From: Paragordius varius
Lineage: Eukaryota > Animalia > Nematomorpha
Assembly: GCA_964247055.1 (NCBI GenBank)
Contig: OZ176060.1
Location: forward strand, 806,001-870,000
Length of the DNA stretch: 64,000 nt
Reading direction: 5' to 3'
In this document: positions 41,930-55,473 of the stretch, piece after piece
How the letters are laid out: the number at the start of each line of letters is the position of its first letter
How positions within the stretch are numbered: the stretch's first letter is position 1
The notes under the pieces: model-generated
What the model saw: the letters and a program-made list of their open reading frames with translations, nothing else
Databases searched by the model: none
Told to the model about the DNA's origin: nothing
Made by a program: the position numbers and the translations under genes

Positions 41930-44170
41930 TTAATTTAACATCAATATCATTCATTCATTTATCACCTGATTTTAATTTTTATAAAAAAAGTCCAAAAATG
42001 ATAAATTTTTTGAGTCAATATCACCTGTTTTTAGTAAATTCAACATTAAAATCAACTGAATTAATTTTTTTATTTTTTAATTAATTATTTAATTTTTTAT
42101 TTATTAATTGATATTTACTTTTTAAAATTATTTATTTTTTTAATTTATTTAATTTTTATATATTTAATTTATTATATTATTCTTTAATTTAATTTTTTAT
42201 TTTATTTAATTTATTATATGTTTCATTAAAAAAGTCGAAAATTTTCATTATTCTCAAAACTTATAGATATTTAATTAAATCAAATATGATTCATTCATTT
42301 ATCACCTGATTTTATTTTTTTTTATTAAACTCAAAACTCTTAAAAATTTTAATTTTTGAGTTAATATCAACACATTTTTTAGTAAAATCATCAAAAAAGT
42401 GTCAAAAATGACATTTTTATACAAAAATGAAATCATATGTTTTATTAAAAATCATTTTTAATTTACATATTTAAAAATATATATTTTTTTAATTATATTT
42501 ATAATATATTTTATACACATCATATTATATGTTTCATTTAATTTCATTTTTTATTATATTTATCAAAAAACGTGAATTAATTTTTTAATGTATTTTTTAT
42601 GTTTTTTTTTTGATTTTTTTATCTTTAAATAATTAAGAGTTTTTAATTAATTTTTTAATTTATTATTTTTATATTTTTTTATTTATTATATTTAATATAT
42701 ATTTCATTTAAAATAATTATTTTAATTATTCTCAAAACTTATAGAAATTTAAATAAATCAATTTTTTCAACAACAATATCATTCATTCATTTATCACCTG
42801 ATTTTAATTTTTTAAAAAAAGTCTCAATTTAAATTTTTGAGTTAATAATATCACATTTTTTAGTAAGAAAATCATCAAAAAAGTGTTAATATATCTATTT
42901 TAATGTATATATCATATCATATGTTTTATTCAAAATTATTTTTGCTATTTTATTAAAAATTCAATTTTTTCAAAAATTTATCTAAAACAACTCAAAACTC
43001 TTAAAAATATTTAAATTTTTAGTTGTATCATCTGTTTTTAGTAAAATCAACATCAAAAAAGTGAATTTTTTTATTTTTTTCATTTATTTATTTTTTATAT
43101 TAATTTTTTATTTTTTTTATTTATATATTTTTATGATTTATTATTTTATTTTATTTTTAATTTTTTTATATTTTTTTTATTATTAATATTTAATTATTTT
43201 TTTTTGATTTTTATATATATTATTTATTATTTTTTATTAATTTAATTTTATAATGTGTTTCATTAAAAATAATCTTTTTTTGTCTCAAAACTTATAGAAA
43301 TTTAAATTATTAATTAATTATTTAACAACAATATAATTCATTCATTTATCACCTGAATTTAAATTTTTTATATAAAAAAACTCAAAACCCTTAAAAGTTT
43401 AAAATTTTGTGTTTAATCATCTGTTTTAGTAAAACAACATAAAAAAGTAAATTAATCTTTTTATATTTATTTTTATTACATTTTATTTTTTAAATTTTAA
43501 AAAATTATTTAATAATTTTGTTTTTTATTATATTTTATTTATTTATTTTTGTTTATATAATCATTTGTTTAATTTTTATATTTTTAAGTTATTATATTTT
43601 ATTTAATTTTAGTTTTTATTTTATTTTACAGAAATCGATTTTAATGCAAAAATCATATCATATGTTTTATTAAAAAAGTCAAAAATTATTTTTATTATTC
43701 TCAAAGCTTATAGAAATTTAAAATATTAATTATTTTTTTAACAACAATACCATTCATTCATTTATCACCTGATTTTAAATTTTTTATTAAAAAAACTCAA
43801 TACCCTTAAATTTTTTTAAAAATTTTTAAGTTAATAATATCACCTGTTTTTAGTAAAATCATTAAATAAAGTTTCAAAAATAACATTTTTACAAAAATTT
43901 AATCATATCATATGTTTAATTAAAATAAAAATTACCCCGATATTTTTTGTAGGTATATTTCGTAAAAAATAAAATTTTGTTTTAAAATAAATTAATATTT
44001 TGGAAAAATAATAAATTATGCCATAAAGATATATTTTATATTAATAATGAATTATATTATAGTTCGAAAACACAAAATTTATTTTTCAAGGGTGAATTTG
44101 AATTGTTAAAATTTCAATAAATCATAAAAACTAAATCATTCATTCATTTAATCAGGTGTTTTAAATTTTT
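41930..44170. repeat. Degenerate ~350-500 bp repeat built on catTCATTCATTTATCACCTGATTTT and atcacctgtttttagtaaaatc
   Basis: Modules at ~41945, 42288, 42778, 43333 and 43750. Confidence 0.75.
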
Positions 44171-44194
44171 TCTATTTATAATCATCTGTTTTCT

Positions 44195-45870
44195 TTTATT
44201 GTCTGCCGTTTTTCTAAAACCAGCTGTTTTACCATGTTTATATCCATCTGCTTGATATGCTAATATTTTTTTCTGTTTATAATCGTCTGCTTTTCTGATA
44301 TTTTTTCAATTTTATTCGTCTGCCGTTTTCCTTATAAAAACCAGCTGTTTTTAACAATGTTTATATTCGTCTGCTTGAATCGCACTATATAACTTTTGAT
44401 GTATCTAATCGTCTGTCTTTTCTTCTAAATTCATTATATTCTCCTTAAGTCTGTCTGCTATTTCAACTTTTATTATTCGTCTGCCGTTTTTCTTATAAAA
44501 ACCAGCTTTTTATATACGTCTGCTTGAATTGCACTAATTAATTTTTATATAGCTAATCGTCTGTTTTTTCAATTAAATATTTATATTTATAATCGTCTGC
44601 TTTTTCAATGAAATATTTATAATCGTCTGCTTTTCTTCTAAATTATTCATTGTTCGTCTGCTTTCTTTTATTCGTCTGCCGTTTTTCTAAAACTAGCTTT
44701 TGTTTATATTCTTCTGCTAGAATTGTTTGATAATTAACTTCTTTTGATGTGTTTAATCGTCTGCTTTTTCAATTAGATAATTATATTCGTCTGCTTTTTC
44801 AATTAAATATTTATATTCGTCTGCTTTTCTTCTAAATTCATTATTCGTCTGCCGTTTTTCTTATAAAAACCAGCTTTTGTTTATATTCGTCTGCTTGAAT
44901 TACTTACTAATTAACTTTTTTTGATGTATCTTATCGTCTGCTTTTTCAATTAAATATTAATATCAATTATTTCTTCAAAATCAATATCATTCATTCATTT
45001 ATTCACCTGCTTTTAATTTTTTTTCCATTTATAATCACTGATTATCTTCTAAATTTATTATTCGTCTGCTATTTTCACTTTTATATTCGTCTGCTTAATT
45101 TGCTAATATATTTTCTGTTTATTATCGTCTGCTTTTAAAATTTTTTGGTTTCACCTGCTTTTAAATTTTTTTCCATTTATAATCATCTGCTTTTCTGCTA
45201 CAATTTTATTTGTCTGCCGTTTTTATTATTCGTCTGCCGTTTTTCTTATAATAACCAGCTTTTGTTTATATTCGTCTGCTTGAAATGCTTGCTAATTAAC
45301 TTTTGATGTATCTAATTGTCTGCTTTTTCAATGAAATATTTATAATCGTCTGTTTTTCTTCTAAATTATTCATTGTTCGTCTGCTTTATTTTATTCGTCT
45401 GCCGTTTTTCTTATAAAAACCAGCTGTTTTTAACCATGTTTTTTTTTCCTCTGCTTGAATTGCAGTAATTAACTTTTGATGTATTTAATCGTCTGCTTTT
45501 TTTTCAAATTCATTATTCGTCTGCTTTTCTGCTATTATTATTCTTACTTGTCTGCTTTTATTCTAAATTCATCAACTTTTAATCGTCTGCCGTTTTTCTC
45601 ATAGAAACTAGCTTTTGTATATATTCGTCTGCTTGAATGCTTACTAATTAACTTTTGATGTATCTAATCGTCTGCTTTTTAAATTTTTTTCTATTTATAA
45701 TCGTCTGCCTTTTCTCCTAAATTATTCATTATTCGTCTGATATTTCAACTTTTATTATTCGTCTGCCGTTTTTTTATAAAAACCAGCTTTTGTTTATAAT
45801 TGTCTGCTTGAATTAAATTTTGATGTATCTAATCGTCTGATTTTTCAATTAAATATTTATAATCATTTGC
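44195..45870 (-). repeat. Polar GCAGACGA array 4 (reads TCGTCTGC on +)
   Basis: About 45 ttcgtctgc/atcgtctgc copies in one orientation with a higher-order ~150-190 bp unit. Confidence 0.92.
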
Positions 45871-45899
45871 TTTTCTTCTAAATTCATTATTTGTCTCCT

Positions 45900-47334
45900 A
45901 TGTTTTAAAAAATTATATAAAATTATTTTGAAATCTTAAAATTAAAACTTTCTTTATATATTTAATTAACTTAATTTTTACAAAAAACAATTTATTTAAT
46001 AATATGAAAAAACTCAATTTATTGTTTTAAAAAATAGTTTTAAATTAATTATAAAATATATATTTATTTTTTATAGATTGAAATAATTATATAAAAATTT
46101 CAAAATAATAATTTAATTTTTTAATAAAAATTATTAGAGCAAATAAATTAATAAATATTATTTATTAATGGCATACATACATACACATAATCATATGTTC
46201 ATTATATATATAAACTCATTAAAATTAATAATTAATAACTTAATAATTATATATTTCATAAAATATAAAATTCCAGTTACATATAAGAAATAATAATGCG
46301 AGTCAGTCAATTAAGATACAAAATAGTATTTATAAAAGAAAAAAATCAATATAAGTACAATAGAGCATTAAAAAATATATATAAGTGTGTGTACTTTAAT
46401 GGCAAAAAATTTAGTTATTAATTTCACAAAAAAAATTACAGTGGCGTATAAGTATAAAAAACTTTGATTTCAATTAAAAGAGCAAATTATGGTAAAACAT
46501 TGGGAATATATATTGTTTAATTTACACCATTTTTTGTTTTTTGCCATACGCTACTGTTGTTTCGTAAAAAATGTGTTTTATAAAGTTAATTTTTTGTATT
46601 TTTCAAAAAGACAATGAATGAATTAAAAATATATAGTTTTAAAACAGCTGATCAATCAATGTGTGCGATAAACACAAAATTTAAGTAATTAACCAAAAAA
46701 ATTTAACATTAAAGTAAAATATAAAAAAAATAAATATAAAAATAATAATAAATTTTTTTTGGAAATTAACCTAAAAATTTATCAAGTTATTATCGTGAAT
46801 TAATGCGTGCTAGATTAGTATATCTTATGTTTAAAAGTTATCATTAATCATATGTTTTATCATCTGACTGAATGAATGAGCGCTAACATGGTTATTATAT
46901 AAGCGATATGTAAAACAGTTGTTTAATGAATGAATGTATGTTATCATTAATCATATGTTTTATCATTCGATTGAATAAATGAGCGCTAACATTATCATAT
47001 AAAGTAGTAAAACAGGTGTTTAATGAATGAATGAATGTGAGCTAACATAATTTATGTTAAAAAACTAAATTTTATAAAACCAGGTGATTTTATGATTGTG
47101 AGATTGAATGTAGTGTGTAAAAACTTTTATTAAATTAGTGGTTAATGAAAATAATTATCCAAAGAGGATTAAAATTTAAACAAAGAGAAAAGTAATGAAA
47201 AATCAGGTGATCTTGAGTTATTCAATGAATGAATGCGTAAATAGCAATTTGAATTTAACGGAGAATTGTGTTTAAAATTTGAATTTATGTAAGTATATGA
47301 AGTTTTGGATTAATTGAGTTAAAAACAGCTGCTG
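45900..47334 (-). repeat. Inverted duplicate of 60749-62385 (downstream flank of eIF1)
   Basis: Colinear reverse-complement matches, e.g. 46165 atggcatacatac..cataatcatatgttc vs 62075-62105; 46439-46556 vs 61605-61723; 47250 gaatttaacggagaattgtg vs 60820-60845. Confidence 0.92.
46439..46556. mobile_element. Small MITE-like element with TIRs CAGT(G/A)GCGTAT
   Basis: cagtggcgtata...catacgctactg; TA on one flank only. The CAGT end with TA is Tc1/mariner-like (inference). Second copy at 61605-61723 lies inside the duplication. Confidence 0.45.
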
Positions 47335-47760
47335 TTTAAATAATCATTTCATTTATGCCTATATATTTTAATTCAAAAATAGGTGATTACGTGAATGAAC
47401 ATATAATTTGTTTAAATCATCATTTCAACAGTTTTGATTTAATTTAAATTGATTTTAATAAATGAAAAATTTGTTTAGCACCAAAATTTTAATTTAAAAC
47501 TAAAAGAATATATATTTTTCTATTAATTTATCCTGATTTCCTTAAAATCAGGTGATTTTATAATGTAATTTTAAAAAGGACAATAAAAAAATTTATATAA
47601 AAAATTATTAATTATAAATTGAAATTTATATATGTTTTATTTTCTTTGTATTTTTCCCAGAAAAATAGGTGACCAGGTGAATGAACTGAAATTTTCTTTT
47701 ATTATCTGTCAATAAAAAAAAATTAATATTTAACCTTTAAATTTTATAATTATAATTTTT

Positions 47761-47801
<41 letters not shown>

Positions 47802-49072
47802 ATTTTTATATAAACAGGTGGTCACGTGAATGAAACGAAGTTTTGATTAAAAAAATACATAAACAAAACATTTATTAGTTTATTTTGTAAAATATATTAA
47901 TTATTTAAAATAAAAAATTAAATTTAAAATTGGATGTTATATATATATAATATTATATACATATATATTTTATTAATTTTCTTTAAAAACAGGTCATCAG
48001 ATAAATACTGCTGATATATATGATTTTATTTAATTTTTAAAAAATAATAATATTTCAAATATTTTTAAAAAATAAAAAAAATTATTATATATAATTTATA
48101 ATATTTCATTATTTTTCCTTCCCTAAAAACAGGTGATCACATGATGAACCAGTCGGACAGTCATTTAATTTAGATTTAAAAATAATATTTTAAATATTTT
48201 TAAAAACTTAAAATAAAAATTTTCCATTATTAATAATTTAGATGTTAATCTAAATTATCAAATTAATTATTTTCATTTATTTTTTCTTCCTGAATAAATT
48301 ACGGCGAACAGTCATTTTATTAAAATTAAATAATAAAAAAATAATAAAATTTCAATATTTTTAAAAAAATTTTAAATAAAAATCCAACAATACTAATAGT
48401 TTATATAATAATATAATAATTCAAATTAATTATTTTAAATTTTACCATATTAATTATTTTGAATTTTAAATTATTTTTTATAAATTTTTCTTCCCCAAAA
48501 ACAGTTGATCAGATAAATGCTGATATATAATTTTGTTTAATTTTTAAAAAATGATTAAATAATCATTAAAAAAATTTAATATAAAAATATATTAATATTT
48601 TAATGGTATTTTATCATATTAATTATTCTAATATATATATATTTCATTTATTTACTCCTAAAAACAGCTGATCACATGAATGAACCACGTCGGACAGTCA
48701 TGTTATTAAGATAAATAAATAACAAAATTTCAATATTTGTAAAAAAAATCTTACAATATTAATTGTTTAATGATAATTTACATTATCAAATTAATTATTT
48801 TAAATTATAAAATTAATATATTTTAGAATTTTTTATTTTAAAAACAGGTGATCGCATGAATAAACCCCGTCAGACACTCATTTAATTAAAAATAAATAAT
48901 AAAAAAAATTAAATTTTCCAAAAAAACTTATAATAAAAATATCATATCAATAATTTTATGATAAATTCTTAAAAAATAAAATTCATTATTTAATTTATAT
49001 ATATTAAATATTTAACTTATTTTCCCTAAAATCAGGTGTTCACATGAATGAACCACGTCGGATAGTCATGTT
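47335..49072 (+). repeat. Inverted paralog of the ERp44 intron segment ~14650-13670, including acceptor/exon-start echoes
   Basis: Colinear reverse-complement matches 14650>47335, 14360>47550, 14245>47680, 13875>47820 and 13700>48135; further cag(g/c)tgatcacatgaatgaaccacgtcggacagtcatg copies at ~48665, 48845 and 49035. Confidence 0.88.
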
Positions 49073-49311
49073 AGGATGTTTTAAAAATACTTTAGCATAA
49101 AAATGGGTATAAAATTACCCTAAAATGTTTCTATATATATAAAAATATAAATTTAAATAGTTTTAATATTAAACGAGTTAATTTAATTTATATATATATA
49201 TATAGGATGTTTTAAAAATACTTAATAAGTATAAAAATGGGGTATAAATTACCCTAAAATGTTATCTATATATAAATATATTATAAAATTAAATGATATT
49301 AAACGAGCTAA

Positions 49312-49342
<31 letters not shown>

Positions 49343-50348
49343 GGATATTTTAAAAATGCTTAAAAAGCATAAAAAATGCATTGGGGTATAAAATTACCCT
49401 AAAATGTCATTGCATATATAAAAAATATTATAAAAATAAATGGTTGAAATTTTATTCAAATTCATCCCCTTAAATAATTCAAATTCACCCTAAAAAATAA
49501 ATAACATGTTTTTTAGGATTAAAAATTACCTATATTTTAGTATATTTTTAAAAATAAAATTTTGTTTTAAATTAAAATAATACTTGAAAAAAATAATTAA
49601 TTATGCCATAAAGATATATTTTATATTAATAATGAATTATATTATAGTTCAAAAACATTTAATTTATTTTTAGGGTCAATTTTTGTTCAAAGGTGAATTT
49701 GAATTGAAATGGTATATATAGGATCTTTTAAAAATATTTTAGCATAAATTACCCTAAAATGTCATCTATATAGAAAAATAATAAAATTAAATGGTTAAAA
49801 TTTTATGTAATATATATATATATATTATAAATATAAATATATATATATATTATATATATATAGGATGTTTTAAAAATACTTAATAAGCATAAAAATGCAT
49901 AAATGGGGTATAAAATTACCCTAAAATGTTATCGCATATATATAGAAAATTTATAATTTAATGTTTAAATTATAATATATATATAGGATGTTTTAAAATA
50001 TTTTAGCATAAAAATGGGGTATAAAATTACCCTAAAATGTAATCGCATATATAAAAAAATATAAAATTTTATATTAAAATTTCATATATATATATAAGAT
50101 GTTTTAAAAAACTTAATAAGCATAAAAATAGGGTATAAAATTACCCTAAAATGTCATTGTATATATAGAAAAATTATAAAATAAAATTGTTATAATAAAC
50201 GAGATATTTGAGGTAATTTTTTTATATATATAAGATGTTTTAAAACTTAATAAGCATAAAACATGAATGGGGTATAAAATTACCCTAAAATGTCATTGTA
50301 TATATAGAAAAATTATAAAATTAAATGGTTATAATATTAAACGAACTA

Positions 50349-50394
<46 letters not shown>

Positions 50395-50470
50395 TGTTTC
50401 AAAAATATTTTAGCATATATGCATTGGGGTATAAAATTACCCTAAAATCTCAGAGTGATATATAAAAAAA
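49072..50470. repeat. ~120-170 bp tandem repeat containing the hairpin GGGTA-TAAAAT-TACCC
   Basis: taggatgttttaaaaatact...ggggtataaaattaccctaaaatgt units at ~49072, 49203, 49341, 49718, 49861, 49985, 50096, 50232 and 50390. Confidence 0.88.
49476..49705. mobile_element. MITE-like insertion with TIRs aattcaaattcacc
   Basis: Inverted ends interrupt the tandem array. The internal part recurs directly at ~43920-44110, and related inverted ends bound ~50760-51330. Confidence 0.5.
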
Positions 50471-50684
50471 TTATAAAATAAAATGGTTATTATATTAAAT
50501 GGTAAAATTTTATGTGATATATATATATATGAGTTTATAATACTTAAATATATCATTTATTAGAATATAAATTCACCCTTAAACAATTCAAATTTATAGC
50601 TTAAAATAAATTATTATGATTTTTAATTAAAATATATAAAATTAAAAAATTAAAACTGTTATTATTAAATAAGCTATTTTAATG

Positions 50685-50724
<40 letters not shown>

Positions 50725-51800
50725 GTTTATAATACTTAAATATACCATTTATTAGAATATAAATTCACCCTTAAACAATTTAAATTCCCCTTTGAAAAAT
50801 TTTAATTCACAGCTTGAAATAAATTATTATGTTTTTTAATAAATATATATATAATTATATAATTAAAAATGTTATTATTAATATGAAATATATAATCTTT
50901 ATATAATTTATTATTTTTTCTGAATATTATTTCGATATTTAAACTAAAATTGTTTTTTTAAAATAAAAATAAAATATATATTAATTGGGTAATTATAAAA
51001 TAAATTATTATGTTAAATTAAAATAAAACTCATTATTATAAATATGAAATATATCTTTAGTTTATTATTTTTTTAGTAGTAATTCGATTTAAACCAATTT
51101 TTTTTTAATATATTGACTTGGTAAATATTAATCGTAAATTATTATATTTTTGAATTAAAATAAAACTTATTAATATGAAATATATCATTATATTTATTAT
51201 TTTTTCTGAATATCTTTCGATTTAACATAAATTTTTATATTTAAATTTATATATTATGAAAAAAAAATTTAATCGTAAACATATATAATTTAAATTTTTC
51301 AAGAGTGAATTTTAATTGTAAAAGGTATAAAATATTTTTAAAGACTTAAAATTTTTGGATATTTTCGATATTTAAAATATACCTCATTTGAAATTACGAA
51401 TATAAAATAAATTTTTATTAAAAACCGAAAGAATGATTATATAAATTATTTTTAAATTTTAGTTAAAATTTTAATTATAAATCTTTAAAATCAAATTTAA
51501 TTTATTTTTAACTCTAAAACTAAAAATTAAAAGACTCAAACTCCAAAGCAAATAATGTTTAATTGAAAAATATTTAAAAATCTAGATATATCATAATATT
51601 TTATAAAATAAAATTTGTCCAATATATTATTTATCCTAAAATTTAATATAAAAGATTTAGAAATTTAATTTTTTAATTTTTTAAATATATATACTAAAAA
51701 ATCTACACATTTTTTTTAAATTTCATCAAATATATAAAATAAAACTTAAAAGTATGAAAAATATATTAAACTTTTAAAATTTAACGAAATTTAGATTATA

Positions 51801-51839
<39 letters not shown>

Positions 51840-52149
51840 AAACACTCAATTAGGTAATATAAAAAATTATGGAAAATTAACTAAACCTTAAAATGAAAAT
51901 CCTGCTTTAAAATTTTATGAAATTATAAAATAAAAAAAGATTTAATTTATATAAATAAAAAAGAATTAAATTTATCTATAAAAATATAATTAAATTAATT
52001 TTAAAAAGAAATTATAAAATAAAAAAAAGATTTAATTTATATATAAAAAAATAATTAAATTAGTTTTAAAAAAAATATCATTTTAACATTATGTTTTATT
52101 TTAAACCTATATAAAATACTTGAACCCAGAATTGTAATTAAAATTTTTA

Positions 52150-53183
52150 TTTAACCTAAATTAAAAAATATAATAAATAATTTAACATTTTTTATAGTAG
52201 TTAAAATAAAGTTAAAAATATAAGCTATTATAAATAAAATTTATATATATATATCTATTTATATATTATTAAAAACAAAATTATTTCAAAATAATTTTTG
52301 TTAAAATTATATTAAAAAATAAAACAAAAAATTTAACAATTTTTATGATATTTAAAAAAAGTTAAAAATATAAGCTAATATATATAATATATATATATAT
52401 CTAAATTTATATATTATATATATATATAAAAACATTAATTTCAAAATAATTATAAAATTATATTAAAAAAAAATAAAAAAAAATTTAACAATTTTTATAA
52501 TTGTTAAAATAAAGTTAAAATTATAAGTACTATAAATAAAATTTATGTATATATATATATATATATCTAAATTTAAATATTTTTTAAAAAAATTTTTAAA
52601 ATATTTTTAAAAAAATTGATTTTAAAAAATATAAAAATAATTTAACAATTTTTATAATATTTAAAATATTGTTAAAAATATAAGCTAATATATATATATA
52701 TATATATCTAAATTTATATATATTTAACTAAATTTATATATTATTAAAAATTATAAAATAATAATAATTTAAAATTTTTATTTAATCTTAATTAAATAAT
52801 ATAATAAATAATTTAACAATTTTTATAATATTTAAAATAAAGTTAAAAATATTAGCTAATAGATATAAATTTTATTATATATTTAGATATATCTAAATTT
52901 ATATATTATTAAAAAAATAATTATTTTATCATAATTAAAAATTTTTATTTAAACTAAATTAAAACATATAATAAATAATTTTGCAATTTTTATACTAAGT
53001 GTAAAATTAAATTAAAAATATAAGCTACTATAAATAAAATTTATTATATATATATATATTTCTAGATATTTTAAAAATTATAAAATACTTGTAAAATAAT
53101 TTTAAAATAATAAAATTTAAAAATTTTAATAATTGTTAATATATAGCTAAAAATATAAATTTACTAGATATAAAATATATTAT

Positions 53184-53223
<40 letters not shown>

Positions 53224-53720
53224 TTTTAAAAATTTTAAAATAAAATTTCAAAATAATTAAATAATTTTAAAAAATTTATTTTCAAATAAATTTAAAAATA
53301 CAAGTTATAAATATATATATATATAATATATCTAAATTTATATATATATATATATATATATATCTAAATTTATATATTTTTAAATAAATTAATTTCAAAA
53401 TAATTTTAAAATAAGTAAAATAACTATAAAAAATATAATAAATAATTTAAAAATTTTTAACAATTATAAGTTAATATATATAATATATATATATCTAAAT
53501 TTAAATATATTTAAAAATATAATTTCAATATAATTTTAAAATAATTTTAAAATAAGTAAAATAAAATATTAATTAATATAATAAATAATTTAACAATATA
53601 TATAATATTCAAAATAAAAAAAATATAAGCTGCTATAAATAAAATTTAAAAATATAAGCTGCTCTATATAAAATATTTTAAAAATATATTATATATATAT
53701 ATATCTAAATTTAGATATTT
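52150..53720. repeat. Degenerate ~150-180 bp tandem repeat upstream of eIF1
   Basis: Recurrent aatttaacaatttttata...aaagttaaaaatataagcta...tatatctaaattta units. Confidence 0.75.
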
Positions 53721-53811
53721 TTTAAAAATTATAAAATAAAAAAATTTTTAAAAAATTTGATTTTAAAAAATAATTTGATTTTTATAAGTTAGGTTTGTTA
53801 GACGCCATATT

Positions 53812-53823
53812 TTTATCGTATGT
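53812..53823 (+). promoter_or_regulatory. Conserved poor start-codon context of eIF1 (CGT-ATG-T)
   Basis: Sequence tttatcgtATGT: -3 C, +4 T. A poor CGU-AUG context is the established basis of eIF1/SUI1 translational autoregulation. Confidence 0.8.
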
Positions 53824-53850
53824 CCTCGATTCAGAATTTCAATACAAAAG
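53820..53850 (+). CDS. EIF1: eIF1 exon 1 (MSSIQNFNTK + G)
   Basis: 31 nt coding exon, GT donor at 53851, joins AC at 56269 to make GAC (Asp). Confidence 0.88.
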
Positions 53851-55423
53851 GTTTTTTTTTGTTTTAGATTAAAAAGCTTTTAGTTTTATTTTTAAAATAT
53901 TATAATATTTTTTAATTTATATATATTTTAATTTAAGTATTTATTTTATAAAATACTTTTTTTTAAGTTTCTGTAATATAATATTTCTTATTTTAAATAT
54001 ATATATTTAATTTATAAATACTTTTTTTAAGTTTTTGTAAAAATATAATATTTTATAATTTTTGTTTTTTAATTAAAAAGTTTTTAGTTTTATTTTTAAA
54101 TTACTTTAAATATTTTTTAATTTAAGTATTTATTTAATAAAAATACTTTTTTATAGTTTTTTTAAACTTTTATTTTTAAAAAAATTATAATATTTTATAA
54201 TTAAATTTTTATATAAATTTTGTAAAAAGCTTTTTTTATTTTTAATTAAATTACTTAAAATTTTTTAATTAAGTATTTAATTCATTTAAAATATTCATAA
54301 GTTTTTGTAAAATTATAATAATAAATTTTATCTAAATTTTCTTCTTAGAATTTAAAATAATTATTTTTAATTTTAAACTCATAATAAATTAATTATATTT
54401 TTTAATTTAAATATTTATTTAATTAAAATACTTTTTTTAAGTTTTTGTAAAATTCTAATAATTTTAATTTTATTTAAATTTTACTCTTAGAATTTAAAAT
54501 AATATTTTTAATTTTAAACTCATAATAAGCTTATTTAATATTTTATAAATTCATTTTTATTTAGAAATAATAATTATTTTTTTATTTTTATAATATTATA
54601 ATATTTTTTAATTTAAGTATTTATTTAATTAAAATATTTTAAATTTACCTAAATTTTTCTTAGAATTTAATATAATTATTTTTTAATTTTATTTTTATAA
54701 TATTATATATTTTTAAATTTATTATATATAATAAAAAGCCTTTTTTTAAGTTTCTATAAAATTATAAAATTTTTTAATTTTATTTAAATTTTTTTTTAAA
54801 ATTTATATAGTTATTTTCAATTTCACTTAGTTTTTCGAAATTTTTAATATCAAATATTTTCTAATACTTTTAAGATATTTAAATTTAAATAATTATTAAA
54901 TTTTTATTTCTTTTAAAAAAAATGTAAAAAATTTTTAAATAAAATATTTTTTAATTAAACATTTTTTTTAATTAAATATTTTTTTAATTTTTAAATAATA
55001 AAATTTATTTGAATTTATTTTTAAAAATTTATATTTAAAACACTTTTAAGCTTTTTATAAAAACTTAATAAATAAATTATAAAATTTAATACTGTTTTAT
55101 ATCAATTTTTTAAAAATTAAATACTTTTTTAATTAAAATACATCTTTTTATTTAAAATATTTTTTAATTTATTTTATTAAATTATATTTATTAATATTTG
55201 TAAAATTAGTATTATATATATAAATTTATAAAATATATTAAATATTTTTTTAAAGTTTATTAATTTATAAAAAAATTTTTTAAATTAATTTATTAGATCC
55301 ATTAGGTGACATTAATATTGATAGACACATCAGCTGATAGCTATATTTTAATTTTTTAAAATAACAGCTGATTTGTTTACTATTAATTTTAAATTTTAGT
55401 ATTTTTTATAAATCATATTTTTT

Positions 55424-55473
<50 letters not shown>

